The position numbers were made by a program, and so were the translations under genes. Below the pieces are notes generated by a model. That model searched no databases. It saw only the letters and a list, made by a program, of their open reading frames with translations, and was not told the DNA's origin. This document shows positions 1-11,622 of a stretch of 64,000 nt of DNA, in pieces (the stretch's first letter is position 1; every line of letters starts with the position of its first letter). The stretch comes from Eledone cirrhosa (Eukaryota): positions 44,268,001 through 44,332,000 of the forward strand of contig OZ024747.1 of NCBI GenBank assembly GCA_964016885.1, in the 5' to 3' direction.

Positions 1-69
1 TGTAAGATAAAGCCTTTACTATGAAAATACAATAGTAAATATAGAATAATGTAATTGCTAAAGGGTTAA
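1..69. mobile_element. Right end of a TTAA (piggyBac-type) MITE
   Basis: Ends ...TGCTAAAGGG-TTAA, the same terminus as at 9547 and 36394. Confidence 0.5.
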
Positions 70-74
70 AGATA

Positions 75-180
75 AGTGGTAGGCAGAATTGGTTTACATC
101 CGAGTTCAAATACTGGTGAGGTCGACAGTCATCTATCTGGGGGTTGATAAAACTACGCACCAGTAGAGTACTAGAATTAA
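75..180 (+). mobile_element. Decayed SINE (family B: gagttcaaat...gaggtcgac...ggggttgataaaa...accagt)
   Basis: Similar to the reverse complement of the copies at 20455-20637 and 32169-32360. Confidence 0.55.
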
Positions 181-311
181 TTATCAAGTCAATTTCATTT
201 ATTGATTTCTATTTGTTAAGCTGATAATTAATGGAACATAAATGTACAGGAAATGAAAGTAAACATAGACAGGCAAACACAAACAAATATATATATTATA
301 TATATATATTC

Positions 312-460
312 ACAACAGGCTTTTCCAGTTTCTGTCTATCAAATTTCACCCACAAGGTATGAGTTAATTCCAGGCTATAGTAAAAGACACTTGCTTAAAG
401 TGCCACAGATTGGGACTGAACTGTAAACCATGTGAAGTGACATCCTTAACCACACTGCCA
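312..460 (-). mobile_element. Decayed SINE fragment
   Basis: ggctatagtaaaagacacttgcttaaagtgccacagattgggactgaac resembles a reversed tRNA-head/CORE SINE segment. Confidence 0.45.
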
Positions 461-655
461 ATCTTATATTAGATTTTATATTACCTTTGAAGCTAGAAAT
501 GATCCATTATTATTGTGAATAGAAATAACAACAGAGATTATGAAATAAGTACTTCATGGGTAGGAGTGGACACCACACACACACCTAACCTACCGACAGT
601 AAAAGAAACCTCAATGACTCAATAGACTGCGGCACATGATGTGAAATAACTGGAT

Positions 656-941
656 TAACTCTTTTGTGCTACATATCTCATGAAAAATGTTGTTCATGGT
701 TTTCAATAAATTTTGTAATTAATCCAAATATTTAGAGGAACCTAGTAAAATAATACATGTTGCCATTATTAACCTGATGCTTGAAATATAACTACAAAAC
801 TACCCTCCCCCCCACACACATACACATACAAATAAAACTAGATTCTTAACAAAAATATGTGGGAAAGATCCGATCAAAATAGGAACATCAAAATGAGAGG
901 ATTTTGTATCATAGAAACAGGGGTTGCCTGAAGTGGGTTAA
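656..941. mobile_element. Decayed TTAA-flanked MITE copy (family also at 5097, 11318, 23488, 27827)
   Basis: TTAActcttttg ... gggTTAA termini; internal similarity to the other copies. Confidence 0.4.
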
Positions 942-1256
942 TATGAAAAAGAAAGAAGGAAACCAAGAATGAGCGAAGAACATGACAGTAAATATCATAC
1001 TAACTGTTAAACACTCAATATCAAGTATAAAAAAAAAAATTAAAAAAATGTTAATGAGGGTTTTATTCTATGGTCATTGAAAACTACCCCCTGATAAATA
1101 GAGGTTTCAGGGAAAGAAAATGAAAAGTAGTAAGACTAACAAAAAGAACTATATTATAAAAAGCTATGCAAGTAAAACTTCCCAATGGAAAGAAAGAAAA
1201 AAAAAAAAACAGTGGACCAATTTAAAGATCACACTAACACAGTGCGTTTGTTTGTT

Positions 1257-1300
<44 letters not shown>

Positions 1301-3859
1301 CATATATGTATATATATAAAGCAGCTTCAGTTGACAGCTTGGCAATGTGCCCATGTTAAAGGGGGAGCTGCTGCTATTTGCCTCTATTGCAGTGAATTGC
1401 CAAAAAGGGCTTCTCTCTGGGTGTTCACGCTGAATCATTTCTCAAACCAGTTCTCCAATACAAAAACCAACAGACAAGACATTTTCTCCAACTGAGGTAT
1501 TTGTTAGCCATTGATGCCAGCCAACCAGCCTATTTTTTTTTTCTTCTCTTCCTGCAGCTGTCAATCTGAAGCCAATGACCTTACATTTTTCAATCTAAAC
1601 ACCTGAATGTGAACACATCTGACACCATTAGAAGGCCATCTCAGTCATGAAAATTCATCTATACACTCAGTGAAGAAGTTGTCAATATGAAGTGGTAATA
1701 AATAGTAATAACATTAATAATAACCTGTGATTCAGACCAACAGAAATCGGCATTGACACCTTTTCTAAGGAAGTGCACAATGCAAAACGAAAGATGTATT
1801 TAAATGTATACATATATACATTTATGCGTGTGTACACCAGTCAAATCATGTCAGAGATAAAACTACTCTATAATGTAGAATACTAAAGAAATACAAATAC
1901 ACACACACACACACACAGACAGACACGTGTGAAAGTATACATGCATATAGAAACAAATTACTACCACAACACTAGAAAATGTGTTAAGGAAATCAAAGTA
2001 GATATTTTATGGAGAAAATAGAGTAAATGAATAAATAGTAACTTTTAGTGAGGTTTGGAATAGAGGGTTGAAGGGCAGCAGGGTTGACAACTCACTTTAC
2101 GTGGTGTGTGTGTATATATTTACATAAGAATAGCGCTTGTTAAGCAACTCAACTAATTCTATTTGCAGCAAGACATTTTATATATATGGAAAAAAACGGA
2201 TGTAAAACGATGGTATACACCACCCCACTCACCGACACTTATCATGCCATGCCTGTCAATTCTAACAATGCCACTGCCAATGAAGATGATTTGTCACTTA
2301 AAAAGAAAACCACAAATCTTGGGAGGAATGTAGAAATGATGAAAACTTGGCGAGATTTAAATTCGGACTAAAAAGGGCCGTTACAAAATACCACAAAGTA
2401 TTTGTTAGGAGCACTAGCTATTAACTCATAAGTACAATAATAATAAAGTTTCTAATATATGTACTAGGGCACAAATAGTCTGGTAATAATTAAATCAACA
2501 CCAGTACTTGAGTGGTATCTTATTTTATCAACTCTGGTAGGACGAAAGGCACCATTTACCTCAGAATATAGAAATGAAATACAATAAAGAGTGTAATGGG
2601 CTACAGTACATGTACGCCTATATATTATATTAAAACAAGAGTAGGGGTAAAGACATTATACAATAGATGAATTAAAATTCATAACTACATGAATGGAAAT
2701 AGTACCAATTATAATAGTAATGGGTATTGTCTCAATATCCAGTTAGTTGTTGACAACAGTTATACAATTGGTTCAGGTGACTCCAACTTAGTGCAGGTGA
2801 TTTCATTGCTCCCAGAACCATGGAAAGCAGAAAACTAAAATGATTTATTCCAGTACTTTCACATTTCTGCTTTCCATGGTTCTTTTTCAACCATAATTTC
2901 CCACATTTGCTAACTGGTTCTTACTTTTATCAACTTTGATTTTGGTGGAAATTAAATTCAGGTAGGTGAGAGAGAAAAAGACACACAAACACAGACTTAA
3001 ATACTTTTTAGGCTTTTTTTTTCCCCAGCATACTGATGCTGCTACCTTGAAGGCATTTCATTAAATGCACAATCATTTCCGCAACTCTTCTGTCTTAACC
3101 CCTAATCACAAGATATCTTGTGACAAATTAAAATGGCAAAGTGCCACATAACAAGATATCTCCAGCAAGAAAAATACCTGCCTACAGTCAATCATAAAAT
3201 ATTTCGTGATTATATATCCCTTTATAAAGCTTGTATTTTATTGGTTTATATATTTAGTTGCCATAGAAATTTCTTATATTGGCCAATTGAAAAACATTTT
3301 ACAATTGATATCATTAACTTTCGGCATACAATTTTAGTACATAATAGCTAGCTTTGGTCAATTGTTTCTTGTACATTTTTCACTATTTGATTGACACCAA
3401 GCAGTTCCAATGACAAATTTAAAATTTTTCTCTCTCAGTATGTTGAAAATAGGAGAAAATGTTTCAATTTTATCATAGGCAATAGAAACATCAGAATTGA
3501 AAATGACACAGACAAACAAATGCTATAAAATCTTATCAGGGTTGGCGCCAGAATTTATCCCAAAATTGGATAGAGATAAAATACAATTTTTAAAAACAGT
3601 CTCCACGTATAATTTATATAAAATAACACCACCAGAAAATGTTATGGAAAATTACACCAAACTGAAAATGGCATGATACTAATGAAGCCGAGAAGAAAAT
3701 AAACCCAGTGTCAGTATATGGTATGTACAGAATCACACACTCAATGACAGAGTAAACTTGGAAAAAAACCAAAGTAAGTCGGAAAGAAGACAGGACCCTG
3801 GTGCCATCAGGAAAGTGGCCATGCTCGCTAGACAGAAAAAGAATTGGTAGAAACTCCAT

Positions 3860-4480
3860 ACAATGAACAACAGGATAGAAGGCAGACTAACAGAAAAAGT
3901 AGATTTTGTATTGTAGAAGATGCACAGGGATAGTTGGTCGTAAGAGCTTCAGTAAAATAAACTGTTTCTAATTCCTGGAAGGATCCATAGATGTGATTGG
4001 TAACTTGATACCTAGATGATCTAATTAGCAGTAGAGGAGGTTGCTAATTACAATAACAAGTGGAAAGTTCATGGAGCTACTATCCCTGTTGACAATAAAA
4101 AAGGTCAACTGTATGATGCAGGTGTGTGAAGTGCATTGTTGCATAACAGTGAGATATGGGAAATGAAGCAATCATGCATTGATGGATATGCAATGTTAAT
4201 ATGCATAAACAACAAAGCATGGATGATGAGCTGGGAGAAAAATTATGTATACAAGAAAACAGATGCAATGTGCTGGAGAGAAGACTGCATTGATATGGTC
4301 ATGTTATACATATGGATGATAATTTCTGGATGAAGAAGTACCAAGAAATCCTAGTGGAAGGAAGCTGCAGTAGAGGGAGACCTGATCTAAAATCAGCTGA
4401 AGCTCACCAAGGAGATGATAAAGGACCACGAGTGGGGGGGATGCTGTACTAGAAAAGACCCTTTCAAAACATGAGACCAT
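3860..4480 (+). mobile_element. RTE-clade LINE relic, 3' part of ORF (post-RT region)
   Basis: Broken frames give YL(G)DLISS.GG, W.KF.ELL.LL, LH(N)SEIW and VEGSCSRGRP motifs typical of RTE C-termini; many stops. Confidence 0.65.
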
Positions 4481-5096
4481 GGGAAGTAAGCAAAATGCAG
4501 GCTCTTCCGGCCTCTATGAGGTCTGCAGCTGTGCTTGAGTACTGATTAATACCCCCACCATCATCAGTTTTTACATCAACTTCTTCAAGCGAGTATGAAG
4601 GAGTTTGTCTATAGCTGGATGCCCTTCCTGATGCCGAGCCATACTTTATATAAGTATGATATATACCACTCATCTCCACTGTACTGCTTTATGTTTCTTT
4701 ACAGTTTCACATTAAAATATATAACACCACAATGTCTTTTAGAAATGAGAGGAGGGGGGGCACATTGCATAATGCAGTCCTGAAGAAAAAAAATGGGATG
4801 AACCTGGCTAGAATACCTCATCTATTCTGAGATGACCTGAGGTCAAACAGCATTATAAACAAACCAACATAGTAGATCGACCTGCTAGAAATAAAAGGCA
4901 AATTGCCATATATCAGACCTACAATCTTACAAAAACTGACATGTCAAATAATAAGGTTCTAGTAAAAGACAGGATATCCATAGCTCGGATGCTTCTGATC
5001 ACAAGTATGCTTGCTCAACACTTATCCGTGGCAACACAACAACAATAACAGCAGCAATGACAACATCATTATAAAGTTTGTTTGCTTCTTTGCATT

Positions 5097-5340
5097 TTAA
5101 CCTTTCATTACCATATTTCTAATGAAAGACACTAACTATGATTTACAAATAATCTTGAAAGTAGCCAAGAATCTGGAGAGATTTAGTAACTTTGATATGA
5201 AGCTGGTGTATAGAACATAAAAATGGTTCTTACACAAAATTATGATGGAAGATTTATAGATAATTATATACACTTTAAAACAAACAGTTTTGAATTGTAG
5301 AGCCAAAAGGAGTTTTAGGCAGTGCTATCAAAAGGGTTAA
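5097..5340. mobile_element. TTAA-flanked MITE (piggyBac-type non-autonomous)
   Basis: TTAAcctttcattacc ... gctatcaaaagggTTAA; reverse orientation relative to the copy at 27827. Confidence 0.55.
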
Positions 5341-6094
5341 AAATGCAAGAGCATACAAGTACAGGCTATAGGAAAATAATATAAGCAAATTAATGTTACT
5401 GACCCACCTCAACAAAGCTAATAACAAAATGAATATTTGATATGATAGCAAGAGATAATTCTTCATTTTTTCCCTTCTCTTTTTAATATCAGAAGAGAAA
5501 CTGAAGACCAGAAATTGAGCAATTTCTTTATCTTTTTGATTTAATTTCTACAGCAGCACCACCACATTTTTTTAACGAAAACTTTATTGCTATATCGACT
5601 AGAAAATAATCTACATCTATTTTTTTTTGTTATTAATATTGTAAGCTGATAAAATGGCAGAATTGATAATGATCTGGATAAAATGCTTTGCAATATATTT
5701 TGTTACATACATTACTTTTATATCCCAAGTTCAAACACCACTAGAGTTGGTTTTGCCTTTAATAGTGGGATTGCTCTAATTGACTATATTTAAAAAAAAT
5801 TTCTTTTGGCAATATGCCAATCATGAAAAATTGTCACTATCAAGATTAACAGCATAAACCTTTTCAATACAAACGCACTCCAAAACTGGCTTTGGTTCCA
5901 TGAAAGATAACCACACATTGTAAAGGGTATTTATTTAACACTTTCTCAATTTGATATCTTAAATCTTAAAATCCTGAAATGATTTAGCAGAAAATATATT
6001 TTAAAAAAGCAGGTTTGTGACTTAAATGTTTATAGTATTTTTACTAGTGGACAGATTGTAGTAAAATTTTGTAGCAAACTAAATCAGCATTTGC

Positions 6095-6520
6095 TATCTT
6101 CAATTCAGTATTCGTACCAAACCCTACACGGGTCTTGGGTAATGACCGAAAGGTTATGATCATGAATACAAGTGGCTGAAATGGGGTTCCTCCGAAGTCT
6201 TTGGAGTAATATTACTCAATAGACTTCTGATGATGATGAGACTTTGAAGCTTGGAGATCAGACACTCACCCCAGATAGAGCCGCTACTTCCCTAAATTGA
6301 GAGATCACAGCTTCGATACTATGAGCACGTGGGTAGCAGGAAAGAATTGGTAGGAGACCCAGGGGTAGACTCCAAGTAAGATAGTTGCATAACATCCATG
6401 AGCTTGGCTGGTCTCACTTGGGGATCTAGTTGGACCAGTTGGAGATGGTTGCTTCTGACAGAACCAGCTGGAAGAAGTGTTTGAGGACTCTGCCCCCACG
6501 ACCCTTTCAGGAATAACTGA
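6095..6520 (+). mobile_element. RTE (Rex3/Expander-like) LINE 3' fragment, decayed
   Basis: Frames read SWVMTER...IQVAEMGFLR...EPLL..IERSQLR...GRPRGR...W...L.TLPPRP. Confidence 0.7.
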
Positions 6521-6639
6521 GTGAAGAAATAGATGATTTTGAAAAAAGCTACTACAGAGGCATGGGATCGTGGTTTCTGGATGGGAGAATGAAGGGATAG
6601 GGTTGCAACCATACCAGATAGTCCAGCTGCTATCCTTAC

Positions 6640-7290
6640 CTTCATCATCATCACCGTTTTACGTCCGTTCTTCCATGCTAGCATGGGTTAGACGATTATC
6701 CTTAATTGCTTTGTCTATTATCACGCTGTCAATTGTTAAGACTTGGATCTCCATGTTGAGAGGTGCACTCTTCTCCAGGGAAAGACTTGGCATTTATGAC
6801 TATTTACCCATCTCGCTTCTTTGTGCGAACAAAGTTCATTTGACATGCATGCCTCCACTAAGATAAGTAATCAGATACATATCTGGTTTCCTGAAGTCTG
6901 TGTTGCTGAAGGTTAGGCCAAAAGCATTGCAGGGAAGCTGTTGCAGTTTGCTAACATGGCTATTGAAGTTGACAGCCACAATAATGATGTCACCATCATT
7001 TGTCGTTGAGTTTGTCTGCAAGCCCAACTTGTGAAGCTTAAAGAGATTATGGTAGCTGTTGTATTGCCTTCCATCCACTAGCCTATGCTTAATTATCCTA
7101 TTACTCCCCTTGACAACTTCAATTAGATTATCCACCCATTTCTCAGCCAGAAAAATTGCTACCCCATCTACATCATCATTGCTACCCACCCAAAAGAATT
7201 TTTCACATGCTTTTTTCCTAATAGGAGTCTGCCCGATGAGCCTCTTTCACACTGCACACAATTCTACACCTCTAATCTAGGATCACCACA
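6640..7290 (-). mobile_element. RTE LINE relic: AP-endonuclease fragment plus (ATG)n-tailed 3' end
   Basis: ORF 6836-7189 contains GVAIFLAEKWVDNLIEVVKGSNRIIK (APE GV(G/A)I...SDRII motif); 6640-6693 is the reversed tail shared with SINE ends (cf. 54600-54651). Confidence 0.65.
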
Positions 7291-7642
7291 ATCTCAGCTG
7301 TGTTGACATTGACAGTAGTAATCTGGAATCTGGTAGGAAGTGGAGGGTAAAGGTGGTATGTTGTTCTTTAGTCCTGAAGGATATAGGATGTTTTTTTTAT
7401 TTTTTGACAATATATTGTACTGTTACTTTCTTCTGCGTCACTGTATTTCTGGAACCCAGCACTTACCCACAGGCTACTACCTATATGTCCATAGGCCACT
7501 AATTAGGGAAATGGTAAAAGAGATAATGTGGACAACAGATGACATGCAAAGATATCTGCTCATAGTACACACCTGTATGTACCTCCAGCTCCCAACATTC
7601 ATATACATATGTACAGAAGTAGCGCGCGCGCGTGCGTGCGTG

Positions 7643-7678
<36 letters not shown>

Positions 7679-7681
<3 letters not shown>

Positions 7682-8016
7682 GCACATGGTTTAGTGGTTA
7701 GAGCATTGGCCTTGCAATCGAAAGGTTGTGAGTTCAATTCTCAGACCGGGTGATGTGTTGTTTCCTTGAGCAAGACACTTTATTTCACATTGCTCCAGTT
7801 CACTCAGCTGTAGAAATGAGATGATAGGGACCTCAGTCCCTATCATTCCACTGCAAAGTGGCCGTGGAGGTGCCACGGCAAAAAAGCACCCAGCACTCAC
7901 TGTAAATGAGGTTGGTGTTAGGAAGGGCATCCAGCTGTAGAAATCAAAGCCAGAATCAGTTCCCGTCCCACCCTTGCAAGCAGGGAAAAGCGGACGTAAA
8001 ATGATGATGATGATGA
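7679..8016 (+). mobile_element. Full-length tRNA-derived CORE-type SINE (family A), inserted in (TA)n
   Basis: A-box TGGTTTAGTGG, B-box GAGTTCAATTC, CORE-like ccttgagcaagacactttatttcacattgctccagttcactcagctgtagaaatg, internal hairpin, (ATG)n tail; near-identical copies at 25941, 27881, 42649. Confidence 0.9.
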
Positions 8017-8039
8017 TATATATATATATATATTAGAAA

Positions 8040-8505
8040 AGGGAAGTGAGGTTCTATACAAAACAGTGGGTATAGAGAAAAGATAAAGTTAGAAATAGCA
8101 CGGGAAATATATTTAAGGGTGTTTTTCTTTTTTGATTCGTCAAAGTGACATTATTGAAAAGATAGTGTTATTAAAAAGATAATGTTATTAAAAACGAGAG
8201 GGACAATTCGTTTTCGAAAATCTTTTTATGAAGTATATAAAGTATATGAGAAAATTACCGGTTTCGATGTATTAAGATCCAACTTATCAAATTCAGTGAA
8301 AAAAGTTAATTAAAAAGAGTTGGAAGGAGTAAAAAAAGGTTTAAAATTAAAATCAAAATCGAATGTTTTGAGTAAAATTTCTTCCATCATATATCCTGAA
8401 AAGTTGGCTGGGAATGAGGGCAAGTTGTTTTGTTGATGTGAGAAATATGGTGTGACTGTATTGTTGGCTGTACGTAGAGAGAGTTATTAATATACTCTTA
8501 AATAA
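8040..8505 (-). mobile_element. Putative Penelope-like element relic with degenerate minimal hammerhead
   Basis: Minus strand 8251-8295 reads TTGATAA-gttg...catc-GAAA-CCGG-TA (two core mismatches; palindromic helix III). Confidence 0.35.
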
Positions 8506-8514
8506 ATAGTTTAA

Positions 8515-9547
8515 CCCTTTAATTTTAATGTTCAAACCGCCCCATAACACCCACACTAAAATATTGTTCTAAAAATAAACAATACCGTCATCAAAATCTC
8601 GTCAATTCGAGATTAGGCCTTTACCGTGAAAATTAACACTTAATATAGTGAAACAACTTAAAACAACACGTTTTTGTAACGTTGAAAGTAGAACAGATTT
8701 TTTTGTGTATCAACATGGCTTGTGAAAGTAGCAATACCGACTTTGAAGGTTTTACACACGACGACATTCAGAATGAACAAGAAACAAAAGATAATATTAG
8801 TGATTTATCTTCAAATGAATCAAATGTTTACATTTCTGAAATTTCATCCAACGATGATTGTTTTGAAAGCGAAAATCTCCAGGACACCATTGAAAATATT
8901 ACAGCAACGTGGTTAAAAAATACCACACCAATATATTTTCCGATTTTATTCAAAATACTGTTCCACAACACATTAGCTCCCGATGTTAAAGCACTGGATT
9001 ATTTCTTTTTGTTTTTACCACAAACTTTCTTCAAAGTTGTGGCAGAAGAGATTAATCGATATGCCCAACAACAGATTTCAAATCAAGGAAAACCCGATCT
9101 GTTTGGTGACCGACAGATGCTGCGGAAATGCAAGCATTTTTTACCGTAAATATTATGTTCCTTATAAAACAATTTCCAAGACTGTGGAATTACTGGAGCA
9201 CTGATATAAGGTTTAGTGATCCTTATATATCAAGTATTGTGCCGAAAACAACGTATTTAAAATTAAACCAGTATTAAACTGGTTGATACTTCAAATGCCC
9301 CTATTAATTAATTTCACCTGCACATAAAAACCAAATTTAACAAAAAAAAAACAAAAAAAAAAACAGGTAAAATTATATAATTGTAAATTATTGATATTTA
9401 AACATCTGACAAAATTTCAAGCCTGCACATAGAAAATTAAGAAAATTACAAACAAATAAAGTTGATAACCCTCTTGAGTACGATTAACTGAAAATAATGT
9501 GAACAGATAAACATGACATTTGACAAATTAATGTGAATGCTAAAGGG
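8515..9547 (+). mobile_element. piggyBac transposon relic, internally deleted (PGBD4-like transposase N-terminus)
   Basis: TTAA at 8511-8514 and 9548-9551 flanking CCCTTTA...TAAAGGG; ORF 8682-9149 has an acidic N-terminus and LDYFFLFLPQTFFKVVAEEINRYAQQ; after a frameshift, NYWSTDIRFSDPYISSIVPKTTYLKLNQY. Confidence 0.85.
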
Positions 9548-9903
9548 TTAAACATTAAATAGTTGGTTGTATGCACACTTAGTTAAGGAGGAATATTATA
9601 TAATCTTAAACAATTTAAACAGCACATCTGAATGATATTAATAATTGAAACAATTTGTGGGATTAACTTTAGTAAATCCCACAAATCGTTTCAATAATTA
9701 ATTCAAATACAGTGTATTTCATTATAAATACGGTAACAAAAGGGTTAATATTCTTATCTTACCAATTTCTTTTTACGCAGATGGTGTGTAAATTAACTAT
9801 CAAGTGTAGCTAAACAACATTAGGAAAGATAGAGAAAGAATAAGCAAATGTCCTTACTAGTTAATGCAGGATGTACTGAAAAGTTAGGTCCATAGTAACT
9901 AAC

Positions 9904-10135
9904 TTCATTTCTGCTCTGTTCCTCAATTTTTTGAAACTGTAGAGACTCTCGCCTTTCACGATCCTTCTTTTCTTTTCGTTTTGCTTCTCTTTTGATTCGT
10001 CTCTCTTCTTCAAGTTTGTTCCTCTCAGCCTCCTCTTTCAGCTGTTGAGCTTTCTTTTCCTCCAAAGATTTCTGTCGATCAGAAAAGGTCCTCTTTCGTT
10101 CTTCAGTCTCTTTGTTATTACTTTCCTCTTTTGCC
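9904..10135 (-). CDS. Internal coding exon of an unidentified host gene; highly charged (E/K/R) coiled-coil/single-alpha-helix-like segment
   Basis: Polypyrimidine tract and acceptor tttgtttttcctttgtgtag|G at 10136/10135; donor GAA|gttagt at 9904/9903; 232 nt (phase 2 to phase 0), open: AKEESNNKETEERKRTFSDRQKSLEEKKAQQLKEEAERNKLEEERRIKREAKRKEKKDRERRESLQFQKIEEQSRNE; not TE-like. Confidence 0.8.
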
Positions 10136-10525
10136 CTACACAAAGGAAAAACAAAAGAAATAGTCAGTTTGTTAATTAGACAAGAGCACTTGTTGAAACA
10201 TAAATAGTATATTACCACTGGTATTTTCCAGAGTCAACAAAGCAACCATTAAGTGGTTGCTCAACTTGCAAGAAATAGCAATCAAATCTCCTTCAAATCA
10301 CATCTTACTGCTTTAAAAATGGATACATTGATGTGACCATGGGAGTAAATGGCATGGACATGGGTGGGATGCTTTTGAAGGTCCGAGGTCAATTAATAAT
10401 GCTGACTTGGGGCTGCCTCTACATAGTTGCCCAACCTGCTAAAATTAGTAGCTAAAACTCTTAAATCACACCCTTCAATCTTAAATAAGAAAGGACACAT
10501 TTGATATGGGTAATGAAGTCCTAAA

Positions 10526-10905
10526 GGAAGATTAAAGTTGGAGGAAAAGGGGTGCAGATATCAGTGTGTTATATCTAGTAGAATAGTATAGAACAATCCT
10601 AAATATTTGTTATTTCTTTGTTCAAAAAATATAACAAGTAGAGGAATAATTAAAAAAGAAAATATATATATATATACAATATACAAGTGGAACCCGTTTC
10701 TTCTACAACAACTACAACGGTATGCGATGGGGCCCACCCACAGGCCCGGCAGACAGAATGGAGAAGGCGTTTCCCCAGAGGACAGCGAGGGAGACGCGCT
10801 GAAAGAGCCACCCCAACTCGCACCTGCAGCTGGCCAGCTCAGCGTATATTGTATATATATATATATATTTTTTTTTAATTATTCCTCTACTTGTTCTATT
10901 TTTAG
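10526..10905. mobile_element. 380-bp insertion with 13-bp TSD and internal ~60-bp inverted repeat
   Basis: ATGAAGTCCTAAA at 10513-10525 and 10906-10918; arms 10625-10684 and 10844-10903 around a GC-rich core. Confidence 0.7.
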
Positions 10906-11317
10906 ATGAAGTCCTAAATGTATTTTGTCTAAAGAAATCTTTGATGATAGGTTTACTCAATCAGGGTTGACCTGATACTAAACATAGGTAATAGTCTTAC
11001 CAGCGTTTATAGCTCTATTTTGAAACTATCTCATCCTCTCTCACATACAGACTAACATATATGCATAAGACAAGGAATCTAAATATGTTCCCGACTACTA
11101 GATCTATATATACGATAGTAGTGCTCGTGCCATGACAGATTGAGTCATTGCAAAGACAATAGTTTGGAAGAAGCATGTGAATGGGTTGTGGGTCTTGGTA
11201 CAATATTTCAACCTAAACCTTGAAGTATCTTATCTTTCTAAATAAATTAAAATAACAAAAGACTACCCACCAATGTGAAAGCTAGTTGCATTTGAATATT
11301 TCAAGACACATAGTTTG

Positions 11318-11622
11318 TTAATCTCTTTGGTACCAAGCTGCCAGAAATTGGTCCTGGTTCTATGATAGAGCTGTATATTTTCATGCATTCATATTCATCT
11401 AAAAACATTCCACATTAATTCTATGTAAGATCTCTTGTTAAGTTATTTATGTTCCAAACACCAGCTTATTAAATCCCTCCACATTCTTATTTTCAAAATG
11501 ATTTTAAAATCATATTTTTATCCAAAGACCTTCCAGCACAATTTTGTGTTAGATACTTTAAGTTATGTTCCAAACACCATATGAAGTGCCTTTCTTTAGA
11601 AATGCGGTAACAAAAGAGTTTA
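11318..11622. mobile_element. TTAA-type MITE copy
   Basis: TTAAtctctttggtacc ... ggtaacaaaagagttta; shares aagttatgttccaaacacca with the other copies. Confidence 0.5.

Noticed and set aside
1120-1495. Short overlapping ORFs around a TA run
   Set aside because: They cross a microsatellite; no recognisable domain or convincing splice pair
7622-7678. Alternating purine-pyrimidine run (CG)n(TG)n(TA)n with Z-DNA potential
   Set aside because: A common compound microsatellite in this sequence; no evidence of function
7679-7750. tRNA-like sequence with A/B boxes and a GCA anticodon-like loop (also 25941, 28160, 33691, 42925, 61043)
   Set aside because: No proper acceptor stem; continues into CORE and SINE body, so these are SINE heads and not tRNA genes
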